Shown here one piece after another: positions 15,306 to 29,827 of a stretch of 64,000 nt of DNA (positions are counted from its first letter, which is position 1; every line of letters starts with the position of its first letter). The notes beneath the pieces were generated by a model, which did not search any database, had not been told where the DNA came from, and saw only the letters and a list, made by a program, of their open reading frames with translations. Source of the stretch: the human T2T-CHM13v2.0 reference genome, Homo sapiens. The position numbers and the translations under genes are program-made. The stretch lies in assembly GCF_009914755.1 (NCBI RefSeq), contig NC_060934.1, one strand, 5' to 3'.

Positions 15306-15842
15306 CATAGCTGTCTGATCCCACCATGCCTCCACCGACTGTATGGCTCCAAAACTAGCCAAATTCTATGCTCCTAAGGATGTCTCAGCCTTATTGATGA
15401 TTATGTGAGGCCATGTGGCCCCTAATTAGGAAGACAGGAGGAGTTTCCACCCTAAAAAATGATACAATGTCGAGTTTGGGCACCTGGGTTAAATAGTATT
15501 CATAAGAGGAATGCAGCTGTGTGGAGCAGGTGACGGCGGCACTAGGACCAGAAATTGCCTGGTGTGATAAGCATCGAGCACAGTGCCTAGGGAGAAATCA
15601 GAGTCTAGTAAGAAGTCGGGGAATGCATCAATCTATGACAAAATGAATGAGGGCATGAATATCTTTGAATTTTTTTACAATTAATTAAAACTACTTTATG
15701 TCATCTTATCAGTTTTTTCTCCCCTTGGGTGGAAGGAAGAACTTTTACAATTTATGGAATTATTTTAAACAAATAAACGCAAATGAGCACATCTCAATAA
15801 ATGATTTAATTCTCTGCTTTAATTCTCAACTTTAATTCTCTA

Positions 15843-16244
<402 letters not shown>

Positions 16245-16738
16245 TCACCACATCCTAATGCTATTCTTATGGACCAACCACTACTTCCCATGGAAGGTCC
16301 CTCTTCTTGGGGCTTCCCAGGGCCTTCCACACCCATTTTGCACCTTGCTTCCTTGCACAGCTTCAGATGCCAACTCTGGGACAAGCGGGGAGAAGCTAGC
16401 ATGTCCCAAATGAAAAAAGGGATAGGACTGAATCCCGTGCCAGGGAGATTCTTAGTGAGAACTGAAGTCCACCCAGATATACCGATTGGTCCCTGAAGCT
16501 ATTCCCCCGGGTTAGAAAAGCCACCATACTGCAGCAGGAAGAGAAGTAACAGCTGCACTTGTTGAACCTGCGTCTGTGCCCAGCTCTATGACGGACATCA
16601 TGTGGATGGAAAAATGCTCCAGACCCCGGTTCAGAGGCCCTCGTTTCCTGCACCAGGTGTGTGACCTTGGGTGCGACCCTCTGCCACTCTGGAATTCCAC
16701 GTCCCCATCTGAAGACACAGACGCTATCATCTCTAAAG

Positions 16739-16878
16739 CAGTGTTTCCCAGCCACTAATGTGCACACAAATCCCCTGGGGACTTGTTCAGATGGGCAGGT
16801 CTGGGGTGGGCCTGAGAGTCTGTGTTACCCCGGAGGCTGATGCTGCCAGCCAAGGGCACCCTTTGAGTTGAGAGGTGC
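16739..16878. mobile_element. MER5A
   Basis: 'cagtgtttccca...caaatcccctggggacttgtt...ggtctggggtgggcctgagagtctg'. Confidence 0.75.
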
Positions 16879-19289
16879 AAGGTCCCTCCCGGATCTCACC
16901 TGGGGCTGTGCTTCCTCCCCAGTGGCCAAGCAGAGAAAGAATCTCTCACCCTGAGTGAGGCTGGCAGCTGTCCCCCTACCCCCTGCCTCTGCCCTGGTGT
17001 GCCAGGCACTCTGATTTCAGGCACCGTTAGAATTTCAGCCCAGCAAACAAAACAGCTAGCTGCGGCCCGAGCTTAGGGACCCAGACCACTGCCTTCTGCT
17101 TTTTCCTTTCCAAATGAAATTTGAGATGTCACTTGTTTTTTTAATCACAAAAAAGGCTGAGAAAAGAAAATAAGTATTTCCTTCGTGTCTGTCTCTGCTT
17201 CCTGCCCCCACTCACTACTTGCCAGAAACTAGGCTTGACATCCTCTCGCCATCACGCCCTCGAGCCCCCCCGCCAGCGCCCTGTTCCCTCAACCCCTCCT
17301 GCCCTCCCCACCACTCTCTGAGCGCACCTCTGGCAGAGCTGCCTTGCCAGGCTTATTTTTAACAGCTCTGATTGAAGCCGGGAGCCCGCTGACATTTACA
17401 CTCCCTCATGATTATCAGCTCGAAGCTTCCAGCAGCCAAGCTAAAAAGGCTTCACGGAGCCCGAGCAGGAGGGGCCAGGAATGAAATGTCAGCGGCTCCT
17501 CACTCCCACCTCTTGCAGGGCTGCTTCGCCACCTGCCCACAGCACAGCCCACCCGCCCCAGCTCGACCCCGAGAGAGGGGAGGCGGAGAGCCCCCTTCCC
17601 CCAGCAAACCCAGAAAAACCCAGGGGCCAGCGGTTTTCTCACTTCTAGTAACCACATTTTCTCTCTCAAGAATCAGGGCACGTGGTGTGATTTAGAAATG
17701 CCTGGGTGTGAAAAGACTCATAGAGGCAGAAAAATTAAATCCCATTTAGTTTTGTATTTAATGAGAGCCACCAACAAGCCCCTCCTGGGTGGCTTTATCC
17801 TCATTTGGACAAATTTAAACCGCCCAACCAGCTGTCTGCCAAACGTACAGCCTTCCTGCTCCTCTCTGGAGTTCTGTACCATCCAAAGCTCCCATTTTTT
17901 CTCAGGGATACTAGGAAGGCAAGATGAGAGTGCACAGCGCCTGGCACCCCAAAAGAGGCTGACCCTGCCTCCGGGCTCCTCACTAGCACCCGCCTAGCCT
18001 AGGCCAGGCTCCCACCCAAGCGCCTCCACGTCCTGCACACACACTCCTGCGTCTAACACTGCAACCACATCTCATCCCTACAGCTACTACACTGATGGGC
18101 CTGAGAAAGAGGATCCCAGAGCATGGAGTGCCTTGATGCTTTGCTGTCTCAGGAGAGATTCACTGTTGTGTTTTATGTCTGCTAAGCAAGGTCAGAGTTC
18201 ATGGGAATGCATCTGGCTCATTTGGAAACTTCACTTGTAGAAGGTCTCAGAGACCACTAAATAATTTACTCCTGGGTCATGGAGGAAATAATTTTTACAG
18301 AGAAAGCATTTCCAACTCAATGCACTAAAAGGTCACTTCATTAAGACGGTGGCGGTGGGGTGGGGGTTTAGAGGTGAGAACGATGCTTCTGTGGGAGGAA
18401 AAACTAGCTGTTAAAAGCATAGAAAGAACAACCACAGTTTAGATTTCTTTCTTTATCAAAGACGTCTTGCCTTCCCTATGTGGATGCTAATACAAAAGCA
18501 AACAATCTAAAACTTTTGGTAGTGGGTGTTTTTTAAGTCTCAAGGAGCCCCCTCCAGGAAGTCTTCCCTGACTTACTCCACTCTGATCATTCGTTCAGTT
18601 TGCTATACTGCAGCCCTCTGCTATATGTCCTGGTCTGCAATCTGCAGCCCCAGGCAAAATATTAAATTTCTCATTATTTCCACTATTCCAGGAAGGCCTT
18701 CCCCAGCCATACACAATCTGTGGGCAGCCATCAGTCCTCGTACTTCTCTGCCATGCCCTACAAAGAGAGATGGCAAGCTGTGTTTGCTTTGTTCAGAGTG
18801 CTTCCTTTCACTTCCACACGTACATTTGCAATCACCAGCCTAACGATTTTGTTAATGTTATCATGTTGATATTGCCATTTCAAATGAATCAGCAAGCCCA
18901 GTTTATAGTTCAATCTGCAAAATTCTGATTGCGCTGCCAGCTACCAGGGTCTGGCAAAATGAATAGCCTTGAACCATCATAGCTGGAACCACTATTCCCC
19001 AAGTGCCTTCCACAGATGGGACAGTGGTGGGGTTGTGCAGGGAATGTGAACGTGCACACAGGCATAGCCCTGCCCTAAGGAATCCTGAGAAAACAGTGAC
19101 CGGGATGACCCGGGGGGCTAAGAGTTCTGGGGCTCTCGCTATGGGCCGGACATGTGCTGAGTACCATTTTCTGTTCACAAAAGTCCTACTGCTGCTCCCA
19201 ACTCAGAGCTGGGGAAGACAGGCTGAGGAAGTGGTAACTGGGATGAAGCCAAGCTGCTAGGCAGAGAGGGGCAGGGGCCAGGTTTTCAG

Positions 19290-19690
19290 TCAGAGAAGAC
19301 ACCCCTTGGCTGGAGGGACCTGGGAGACGTGAGGGCTTCTAGGGGTACGGTGAGGACTTGGCGAGGCAGAGTAGGTGAGCAGAGGCAGGAAGCCCAGCGT
19401 GTGCTGGGGCTAGAACTGAAGAGCCTGGTGGTCCAAGTGGTGTGCACAGAGAAACAAGCTAGGAGGTGCCTGGGCTGGGCAGGTGCCCAAGGCCTTTGAA
19501 TGCCATGTAAGGGAGGGGAACTTGAACCCACAGCCACAGGACCACTGAAGACTTGAAAACAAGAGCGGATCAGCGTGGTGTCTCAGGAAGATGACACCTA
19601 GCACCAAGTAGGATGTCTGGAAGAGGGGAAGGGCAGAGGAGAGTCCCTCACGAGGCCACAATAGTCCTTAAAGCACCAGTGATGGGGCTC
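19290..19690 (-). mobile_element. L2 fragment
   Basis: 'aggcctttgaatgccatgtaagggaggggaacttgaaccc...ccactgaagac'. Confidence 0.65.
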
Positions 19691-20838
19691 CCAATTCCCA
19701 AATGGAGGGATCTGACTTCCCCCAGAAAGGGACAATGCCTGGGGGCATGGAGGGCAGGAGTATCACGTGGCTGTCAGTAGGAACTCTGGAGTTGGCCTCA
19801 CCAAGTGGCCCTGGACAGGACACTCAGCCCCTCCTGTCCCCAGTTTCCTGAGCAATAAAGCAGCAGGAAATGAGACCAGGTCCTCAGGCAGGGATGTTAG
19901 GGGACCAAGGGAGCGAGCGTGTGTGACTTGCCCAGCCAAGCACCTGGTTCTCAGTGCCCCTCACCATTGTTAGCTGCCATGATTAACGTGAATAGCAACA
20001 GGAGGTTGGAGTGGAGGCGCGGGGGGTGTCCAGTTTGGGGGGATGCTGTGACTGCCCCTCCCTCAGGCCATTGGGAACGTGAGACAGGACGAAGAGAGGG
20101 GCCAGGGCTTGATGTGGGGATTCCTGGGGAAAAGGGAAGGCTGAAGTCACAGGAGGGCCTGAGATCTCAGGAAGAGTCCCAAGGAAGAGATGCAGGCAGC
20201 ACAGGCACCACCGCACCAGGCTGGCCTGCCCCAGGTCGGCCACCCAGAGCAGCAGGCTCAACACAGCTGAGTGGGGCTGCAGCCACCTCGGAGTTTCTAA
20301 AAGTCAAAATTGCACAAAGAGAAAAAGACTCCAGGTTGGGGGGGTGGGGGACAGCAGGCAGTGGACAGGAGGAGAAGCTCCTGGATCTGTTGTACATCTG
20401 GGTAGGTGTCCATCTGTCTGTCTCTGGCTGCTGCTGGCTCACCTAGTGTCCATCTCTGCCTGTGGCCTGGCCCCCTTTCTCTGCATGTGTACATACGTGT
20501 GTGTCAGGTGTGCAGGGAGCGGGGTGCTTCCAGTCTTTCCTTTCACTTATCCTTTTCGAGTAAATCCAGCTTGATGGTCCCCTGCCCTGACCTAGGAGCA
20601 GGGAAAGGCAGTCCCAGAAGGAGAGGGAAGCTATGGTACCTTCTCGCCCAGGGGAGGCCAGAGACCCCGGGCAGTGCCCCCGCAGTGTCTGGTTACCATG
20701 AAATGGAATTTATACATGAAAATCAGGAGAGAAGCCAGCCCAGGGCACACTAGTCATGGCTGTGACAGAACTGACAGCTAATTAGAAGGCTCCATTTGAG
20801 CCTCACGTTGAAAAGCCATTTAATAATTAAATGTCTTA

Positions 20839-21530
<692 letters not shown>

Positions 21531-21579
21531 TTGAAACAATAATTGTTATTCATTCATTAAAATAATGACCATAACAATA

Positions 21580-21856
21580 AAACCAATAATAAAAGTCAGT
21601 TTATTTTCATTAGCATCACACATCGGCAATTTTAAGGCATGTCAGTGATACAATACTGCTCCCCACCAAGGAGGGGCTCCCACTGCCACCCGTTGGTACG
21701 CCGCTGCCTCGGCCTTAGGTGACCACAAGGGCAAATGCCCTGGAAGCCACAGGGCTCCCTGGCTTGCTCAGGGAGGGGAGGAAAAGTGCTGCTGCGTATT
21801 TCTAGGGACGGTGCAGACGCAGGCCGGTTTGGGCCCCATGGGTATAGTCTGCCCAC
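21580..21856 (-). ncRNA. Candidate terminal exon of a spliced minus-strand, probably non-coding, transcript
   Basis: Acceptor cccttActgttttctgctcttgtag|G; AATAAA at 21605-21600 followed by a U/GU-rich tract; consensus donor GAG|GTAAGT 379 nt upstream. Confidence 0.4.
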
Positions 21857-22235
21857 CTACAAGAGCAGAAAACAGTAAGGGAATGGACCTCTCTGTGCAT
21901 CAATGAAGCTGAACCCCTTCCTGCTGGCACTGAGCCCTTAACGTTGCCAGTGTCCCCAAGGGGACTGTGGAGGCCACCCAGCACTAGGGAGGGAGAGTAA
22001 ATCCCAAAGGCACATTCAGAAGCCTCGCAAGGAGACCAGATACAGGTGGAAGAGAGTCATAGGCCCCCCTGGGGACACAGATGGAGTGTCTGCAGAGGAG
22101 AATAGAGAGGGAGTCACCAGAACCAGCTTCCTGGCTCCTCTTCCTATTGGATGGAGCGCTCCTCCCCAGACAACCCAGAACACTGCTGCACTCACGCCCA
22201 GGACAACCTCTTGGGGAGCAGAAGGCTGTACTTAC

Positions 22236-22365
22236 CTCTCCCCTCCTGGAAGCAAAACTTCTCTAGTTTCTCTTGCCAGCCAAAGAACCCCTAGTGGCGG
22301 AGTGCTCACACAAAGGAAATCAGACCCTGGGGGAATTTAAACATGAACATGTTCAACCCTCTCTT
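22236..22365 (-). ncRNA. Candidate penultimate exon (start 22326 or 22365)
   Basis: Donor GAG|GTAAGT at 22236/22235; two alternative CAG acceptors. Confidence 0.3.
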
Positions 22366-22874
22366 CTGGCAGATGACAAGAAAGCCCAGAGAGGTCAAGT
22401 GCCTTCTCTGGACTCACGCAGCTTGTTAGCTGGTGCTCTTCCCATCGCCCCCGCCCACCTTGCTGCTGGGAGCAATGTCGTGTCACAGAGCCATTGCAGT
22501 CAGCAGGTTATGGGTTTAGGGCCTGCCCTCCTCTGATAGCTGTGCCAGGGAGGATGTGCTGCACATGCCTCCTGGCCTCAGACAGCAGCCTGGACTGGCT
22601 ATGAGCAACCAAAGCATGGCCCCTGTACCAGGCAGCACCAGCCCTGCTCTGGGGGTGGATATGAGTTTGCATGTCTGGTGTGTTGAGCCACAACGCCTCT
22701 TGAGTCACAGTCAGTAAAACTAAATATCTCTCCCATGGTCTGATCACTGTTGGGACTGGCCTGGACTATCATTAAATTCAGGAGTGTCATGGATCTTGGA
22801 AAATACTAATTGCTCCTAACCCAGCTGGGATCCTGCCCTCAGGGTGATCCCTATTTTCCTGGGATCAAATGTCA

Positions 22875-23350
<476 letters not shown>

Positions 23351-24834
23351 AAAAGCTGTGAGGCACTGCGGGGAGGCACTGCAGGGACACGCAAAGGTGA
23401 CAACCTTAGAGACTGCCAAAGCTCACTCTGGACACCATCAGAGGCCATCGCAGACTGTCCTTCACAGGATGTGTGTGTGACATGCTGCCATGATCACTCT
23501 GTAATAGTGTCACGGGGTGGATGGGGGAGGCCTGGCTCAGCAGCAGCTCAGGGTACTGAGTCGTAGATGACAGCAAGCTCAATGTGCACTGTTGTGTGAT
23601 GTCACAGTGCAGCCACCAGGTTGGGAGACCTGCTTATATACAGTGTCCAGGGAGCACAAGGCCTGGGGGCCCACAAACCTGGGTCTGTATGCCCACTCTT
23701 CATTAGCAGCTCCAGGACCAAGTGCGGTCAGTTTTCTGGAACTCGTTTCCATATCTCCACTGTGATGTAAGGATGTGCATGGATCCTAAATGTGAGAAGC
23801 TGGCAATCACCAGGTCCCTGGCAAGTGCTCAGAGTCTGAGCTACCATCAAAATCAAGGGCACAGGGGGAGGCTAACTGCTTCTCTGAATACTCTAAGGGA
23901 GGCAGATCTAGGCCAGGTGACCAGGGTTTACAAGTCCCAGGACAGAAGGTTGGGCTTGGTGCACGGAAGAACTGATGAGCAGCTTCACTCATGCAGGTGA
24001 GACCGTATGGGCAGCTCTCCAATAGCAAGCGTTCAGCAGGGATAGGTGCGAGTACATCAGGGAGTCCAAGAGAGGGCTGGCTGCATGCCTGGGAGGGGCA
24101 ATGAGATGGGGAGTCGGGTGCTTCCTCATTTCTGCTGCTGTAAGGTAACGCCGCTGGCCTTCTCCAAGATCCAAACAGGGTCTCTTGCTTCCCCTCTCTT
24201 TGCAGCAGGACAGATCAGGACAAAGCCATGCTGGAGTTGGGGCCACACATCTGCTGAAAACCCCCAACACTCTTTTTCCCAGCAGCAGCTTCCAAGCAAT
24301 TCCTGAGGCCCTCCCACTGGCTAACCAGAAAGGAACCCACCATTGGTCTCCTTAGTAACGACTTCCAAGGCCCCTTGGTGAGGATTTTAACAAGCTTCCA
24401 GCTCTCTCCCCAAACTGCCTAATTTTTACAACAATCAGACTCCTTTTTTCTTCTCTAAACGTTTATTTTAGCACATCTGAAAAGCGCACAGTGTGATTTC
24501 CAGACCCAAGTTAGACAGCGATTTCTTCAAAGTGCAACGCCCTCAATTAATGAACCCTCTGGGAATGAAGTACCTTCTAACAAAAACATTGTTCAAAATA
24601 AAGCTGGAAAAAAACCTCACACAGCCCCTAGGACAGAGATGTGAGTGTTGTTGCCCAGTCACAACCATGACAAGGCGATGTGGTTACACAGTAGGGTCAG
24701 AGGTAGGCAGTCTCCAGCCATTCCCAGCAGGTGACCTTGGCCAGTTACTTGACCTTCAACTTGGTTTCCTTGTCTGCAAGATGAGGATGATGACAGGCAA
24801 CTCCCACGGCGGGAGTGCAGACTGCAGAACAGTC

Positions 24835-25320
24835 ACTCATGCAGTAACTACCTGCTGAGCACCCCTGTGCATCAGGTGGCCTTGTTCCTGCGGCGGGGAT
24901 ACAGCAAGGAACACAGCCCTGCCCCGTGGAGCTCATATTCTGTGGGGTAGCGGGTGGAGGTGAGTACTACAGAGAAGAATCAAGCAGGTGAGGGGTAAAA
25001 GCACTGGGGGTGCCGAGTGGGAGTTACCTTTTTCTAGGTGGCAGGGAAGGCCTTTGATCAAAGACCTAAAGGAAGAAGGGAGTGAGCCCCATGGGTGTCT
25101 GGGAGAAGGAGTATTCTAGGCACAGAGAACAGTCAGTGCCAAGGTCCAGAAGCAGGAATATGCTTAGTGTTCATGGAAAAGCAAGGAGTCCAGGGTCGCT
25201 GGAGTGAGAAAGGGGAAAAGTAGTCAAGGGTAGGGACTTTGGATATCACTGTGATGAAGCAGTAGCCATCAGAGGGTTCCAAACAGAAGAGTGACCTACA
25301 TTTAGAAAATGATGCACGTA
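24835..25320 (-). mobile_element. L2 fragment
   Basis: 'gagtattctaggcacagagaacagtcagtgccaaggtcc' and 'cagccctgccccgtggagctcatattct'. Confidence 0.8.
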
Positions 25321-26919
25321 AGGCAGTAGGAACATGCCTTGCATGTAGTAAGTGTTCAATTAACATCAGCAACTGTTATACACCTCAGTTTCTATCCAGT
25401 CACTCCACACACAAGCAAATGTACGTGCCCACTCAGAACCCTTCAATAACACCCCTCTGCCTACTGACACATCCCAGACCCTTCACTCTTGGATGCAAGC
25501 CCCTGTAACAAGGCCCAATCCACACCTCCAGCCCCCACCCCACCACACGTGCCCAGCTACAGCCTCCCTCTCCCTGAATCCACACATCTTCCCTCGTCTT
25601 TGCTTTCACCTGTGCAAGTTCCTTCCTCCTCTCAGCACCTCCTGAAGTCCTACCCAACGTCACAACCCATCTCAAAGGCCACCTTCTCCATGAATTCATC
25701 CCTCATGCATCCCCAGAGGGATGTCATGCCTCCCACGGATGGCCAAGCATGCTGGGTCACTCATGGATATATCTCATCCTTGACGCTGGTCTCATCTCCC
25801 CAGGAAACCCCACCTCCCACCCCTGTCACCACCCGTGAGATGGTGACCTACCAAGCTTATCTGCGGGGCTTAGCCCCAGTGCTGAGTAGGCCACTTTTAA
25901 ATTCAGCTGAATAACACCAGTAAATGCACGACTCCTATTTGGCCCCCTCCATGTGACAGAGACCTGGCCGATACTCAGCCAAGATGCTGAGGGGGCAGAG
26001 CTGGCTTCTTCCAGTGTCCTAGGGACCAGGATAATTATAAATAGAAAGAAGGGGGGCATGCTCCTTCCTTAACATAAAAAAGTCAGCAGGAAAAATAAAT
26101 CTGATGACCACTCAGTTCCATTCACCACCGTCTCTGAACATAGATGCAGGTAAGTTATTTGACAAGATAAAAACAGGTCATGATAAAGAAGATGAGGAGA
26201 TTCAAAAACACACACAAAAAGGCTGAGCGGGGCTGCCTGGCCACACTCAAGCTCTTGCGTCTGCAGAAAGGGCACCTTGCACACATAAATGAGGCCCCAG
26301 GAGCAGCAAGAACCAGATGAAAGGGAACCCAAGGCCCTCCTTGCCAAGTCAGTGGCAGGGAGCACTCTGGCTACATCGCAGGGGCCTCCAGTGACCGTGG
26401 TGTAATGAGAGCAGGGAACATAAATCACCATCCCTGTCTTTACAGAAAACATATTAAAGACTGCTGAACTCACACATGATTTTCTGAAGCGGGCAGAAGA
26501 GATGGCAGATCAAACCGGGGTCAGAATCTAGAAGATGACTGCCTAACCAGATGTGGATAAATCACAGGACCACAGGGCATCTCCGCAGGGTCTTAATTAA
26601 GGAACTTGAGGTGAAAATGGGGCCAGGACACATGGACATTGTTAGCCGTGGCCCCTCTGGAGGCCACAGGTAACAACATTTCAAGCCATTTCACCAGGTT
26701 AGCCTCAGCCCAGACCAAAACAGAGAAATTGACCAGCCAGAAAGACAACCATATCCGGAATCTGGTCCGGAGGCCTCCGCCAAGGGCACCATCAGGTGGA
26801 TGCCAGGAAAGGCATGCAGGAGGTCAGGATATGGAACAGAACCTCCAGGCAAGAAGGTCCCGCAGATGGTACCCATGGTGGGCATCCACCGGTTTTTGTT
26901 TTGTTTTGTTTTTGTCTGC

Positions 26920-27410
26920 AGCTTCTGCTCACCCTACTTCCCAGGGACTTCCCAGTGGTAACCCCAGTTTTGTCTGGAGATCCGCCCCTCCCCAACTCTG
27001 GTCTTGTGGTCAGGTGGAGATGACCAGCTCCAGGGCCAGCCCATCATTTGCCTGGCCATGGAGTCTAGTTCCAGATGGAAACAGAATCCCATCAAAGCCA
27101 TTATGATGGTGTGAGACTTTTGAGGCAGAGGTTAACGTCATTTCTGGGGGACTTGGAGGTAAGGCAAGGTCAGAGCTGGAGCTGCTGTAAACATCTTGGG
27201 ACATGAATGAAGAACGGGAAAATCAGAAATGAGGCCTATGTGGAAGAGACTAGGGGAGGGAGAGAGACAGAGAGAATGAATGAATGAATGAACGAACGAA
27301 CGAATGAATGAATGAATGAATGAAGCCTGGGCCCTCGTAGCATCATTTGAGCCCCTGATCAGGCCTCATCTGACTCACGTCTGCCAGACTGCAAAGGAAG
27401 GAAGCTAATC
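26920..27410 (+). mobile_element. MLT1K/L-like ERVL-MaLR LTR
   Basis: 'cccctccccaactct', 'ctggagctgctgtaaacatcttggg' and 'catcatttgagcccctgatc'. Confidence 0.65.
27274..27324. repeat. Compound STR (GAAT)4(GAAC)3(GAAT)5
   Basis: Read directly from the sequence. Confidence 0.95.
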
Positions 27411-27414
27411 GGTA

Positions 27415-27640
27415 CTTAGTGTTTATTGCCCGGTGCAGCGCAAGTGTTATTTCATTTAGTCCCTGCAATAACCCTGGGAGGTAGGCTTATTTGGGGGAAA
27501 TCTTTATTTGTAAATAAGGAAACAAATTAAAGTTGTTTTTTTTTTTTTTTAAACTTGCCCAGTTAGGTCATTCACACATGGTGGAGACAGGAATCTACAG
27601 ACCAGGGATCAGCCCCAAGGCTATGATCTTTGTGCTGTGC
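27415..27640 (-). mobile_element. MIR
   Basis: 'tttcatttagtccctgcaataaccctgggaggtagg...aacttgcccag'. Confidence 0.7.
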
Positions 27641-29504
27641 CGCTCTACCCCTGAGCAGACAGGCCAGAGGTCCAGAGAGGGCTGTGCTGGCAGAGTTCAT
27701 ACTTTGATAACTGAACCCTAGAGTAAGCCTGCCCTGGAAATGCCAGCTCAAGGGACTGACAGGCATAATGCTCTTTGGGAGAGAAATACCACATCTGCAG
27801 CGACACGCATCCTAACACTGTCCCAGGACTGGGGAACCAGCGGAGGAGCAGCTGATAAATGTCAAGGCACACAGTAATCCTGGGTAATCCATTCAGAGCT
27901 GGCAGTAATCTAAACTTTCTGTACAGCAGTGACTCTGAGCTATCAGTCGCAATGCAAGAGGGAGCCTTGAGGGTCCTCCAGGATGTTTGCCAAGGGCACA
28001 GGCCCAAAGCCAGAAAAGGTACCCAACAGGGATACCATCAGGAAGAAGTTGGAAACAAAAGATAAAGCACTCTACCTGAGGGAAGTACCCCAGCTGCAGG
28101 GGCCTCCTGGAGACATGCTCACCTGAGCTGGCTCATGTGCTGCTGAGGTTGGATGGAATGGCACATGGCAACATGCTTTGTCAACGGTAACGTGTTGTTA
28201 TTTTAACTCTATGCTTAGTTTGTAAAGACTCACTCCCTCTCCTTTGTTAAATAAAACCCTCATCTCATCTCTCCCGGGGTAAGGCAGGGCAGCTGGTCAA
28301 GGGATGCCACCTCTATTCCCTGGGCCTCCCCTTCTCCCCAGAAACCTCGCATCCTAACTGCATCACACGAGACCCCAAAGCTCTGCTGATTCCCCTTGAC
28401 ACTGGAGCCCTTTTGGTCATGGACCAATTCCTATTCTCAAAGACCTTTCTCTTTAAGCCATAGAGGACTACTTGAAGAATACTAAAGAAAAACATGCCAC
28501 CATGCCCAGCTAATTTTTGGAAAAGGAAATTGCAAGGAAATGCACAAGCAGCTTCCCCAAAGGTCCGGCTGGGAAAGCTCAGGTCCTGCCTTGCTGAGGC
28601 CCTGCCAAGGCTCAAAGACCCTGCCCCACCCCCACGTGCTGCCCTTTGAGCTGTGAGTAGGGTGGAAGACAGGGAGCCAACCCATGGGGCCAGCTTCCTG
28701 GGGAGCTCAAGCAGGAGCCGGGCTGGGGACAGAGAGGTGCCACTCCCACTGCCCACCAACCACACTCGAGGCCCATGTCACCCACACAAAGGAGGAGAAG
28801 ACAAACCGAGGGGTTGCTAACCTGTGGGCAGGACCAGCAGTGCTGCACAAAGAGAGATGAAAGGGGTGAGGCTCCGGTCCGGGGGCAAAAAGAATCCTAA
28901 GAGACACACACACGTGCCCAGCTCTTCCCTGCCCCGGGGTGTCTGCCCCAGCGTTCACTGCCTGAGCTGCCCTCCTTTCTTCCCATCTTCCCTCCCTTAG
29001 GAAGTCCTGTGACCCCTACCATCCTCCTCCTCTGTAGGGCTGGTTGTGCCCTCCCCTGGGGTGGCATCAGCACCCTGTGGGCACCTCTGTGAGGACCTTC
29101 TGGAAGGTGCAGCAGGGGAGGTGGGTAGGAGGGTAGGCTCTCCTTGCTGCCTGGGTTTACATGCCAGCTTTGCCACTTCCTTTGTCACTTTAACCACATC
29201 ACTTCACCTCTCCGTGCCTCAGTTTCCTCCTCTGTGAAAAAAGGAGAGTAACAGTGCTGAGGAGTGAATAAAATAGTTCCCAGGAAGCGCTTGGCTCTTG
29301 CAGAAAATGTGAGCTTTCATGCTTTTAACTTGTCCTTTTCCTCCACCAAATCGAGAGTTCCAGAGGGCCCAGGCTCCGTGTGTCTGCAGTGCCCCCAGCA
29401 CACCCCAATATCCACCTCCCCCATGGCAATGGTGGAGCAGCCACCCAATAGGGCCCTCACGAAAGGCCCAACATGGCATCGGCTGGTGGTTAAGAGCCAC
29501 ATTT

Positions 29505-29827
<323 letters not shown>

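Noticed and set aside
21632-21856. 74-aa ORF filling the candidate terminal exon as a CDS
   Set aside because: It has a GTG start only and no recognisable homology, and it meets an in-frame stop across the predicted upstream splice. It is kept only as part of the transcript hypothesis.
26147-26155. Perfect plus-strand donor CAG|GTAAGT
   Set aside because: No convincing upstream acceptor or promoter, and isolated donors are expected by chance.
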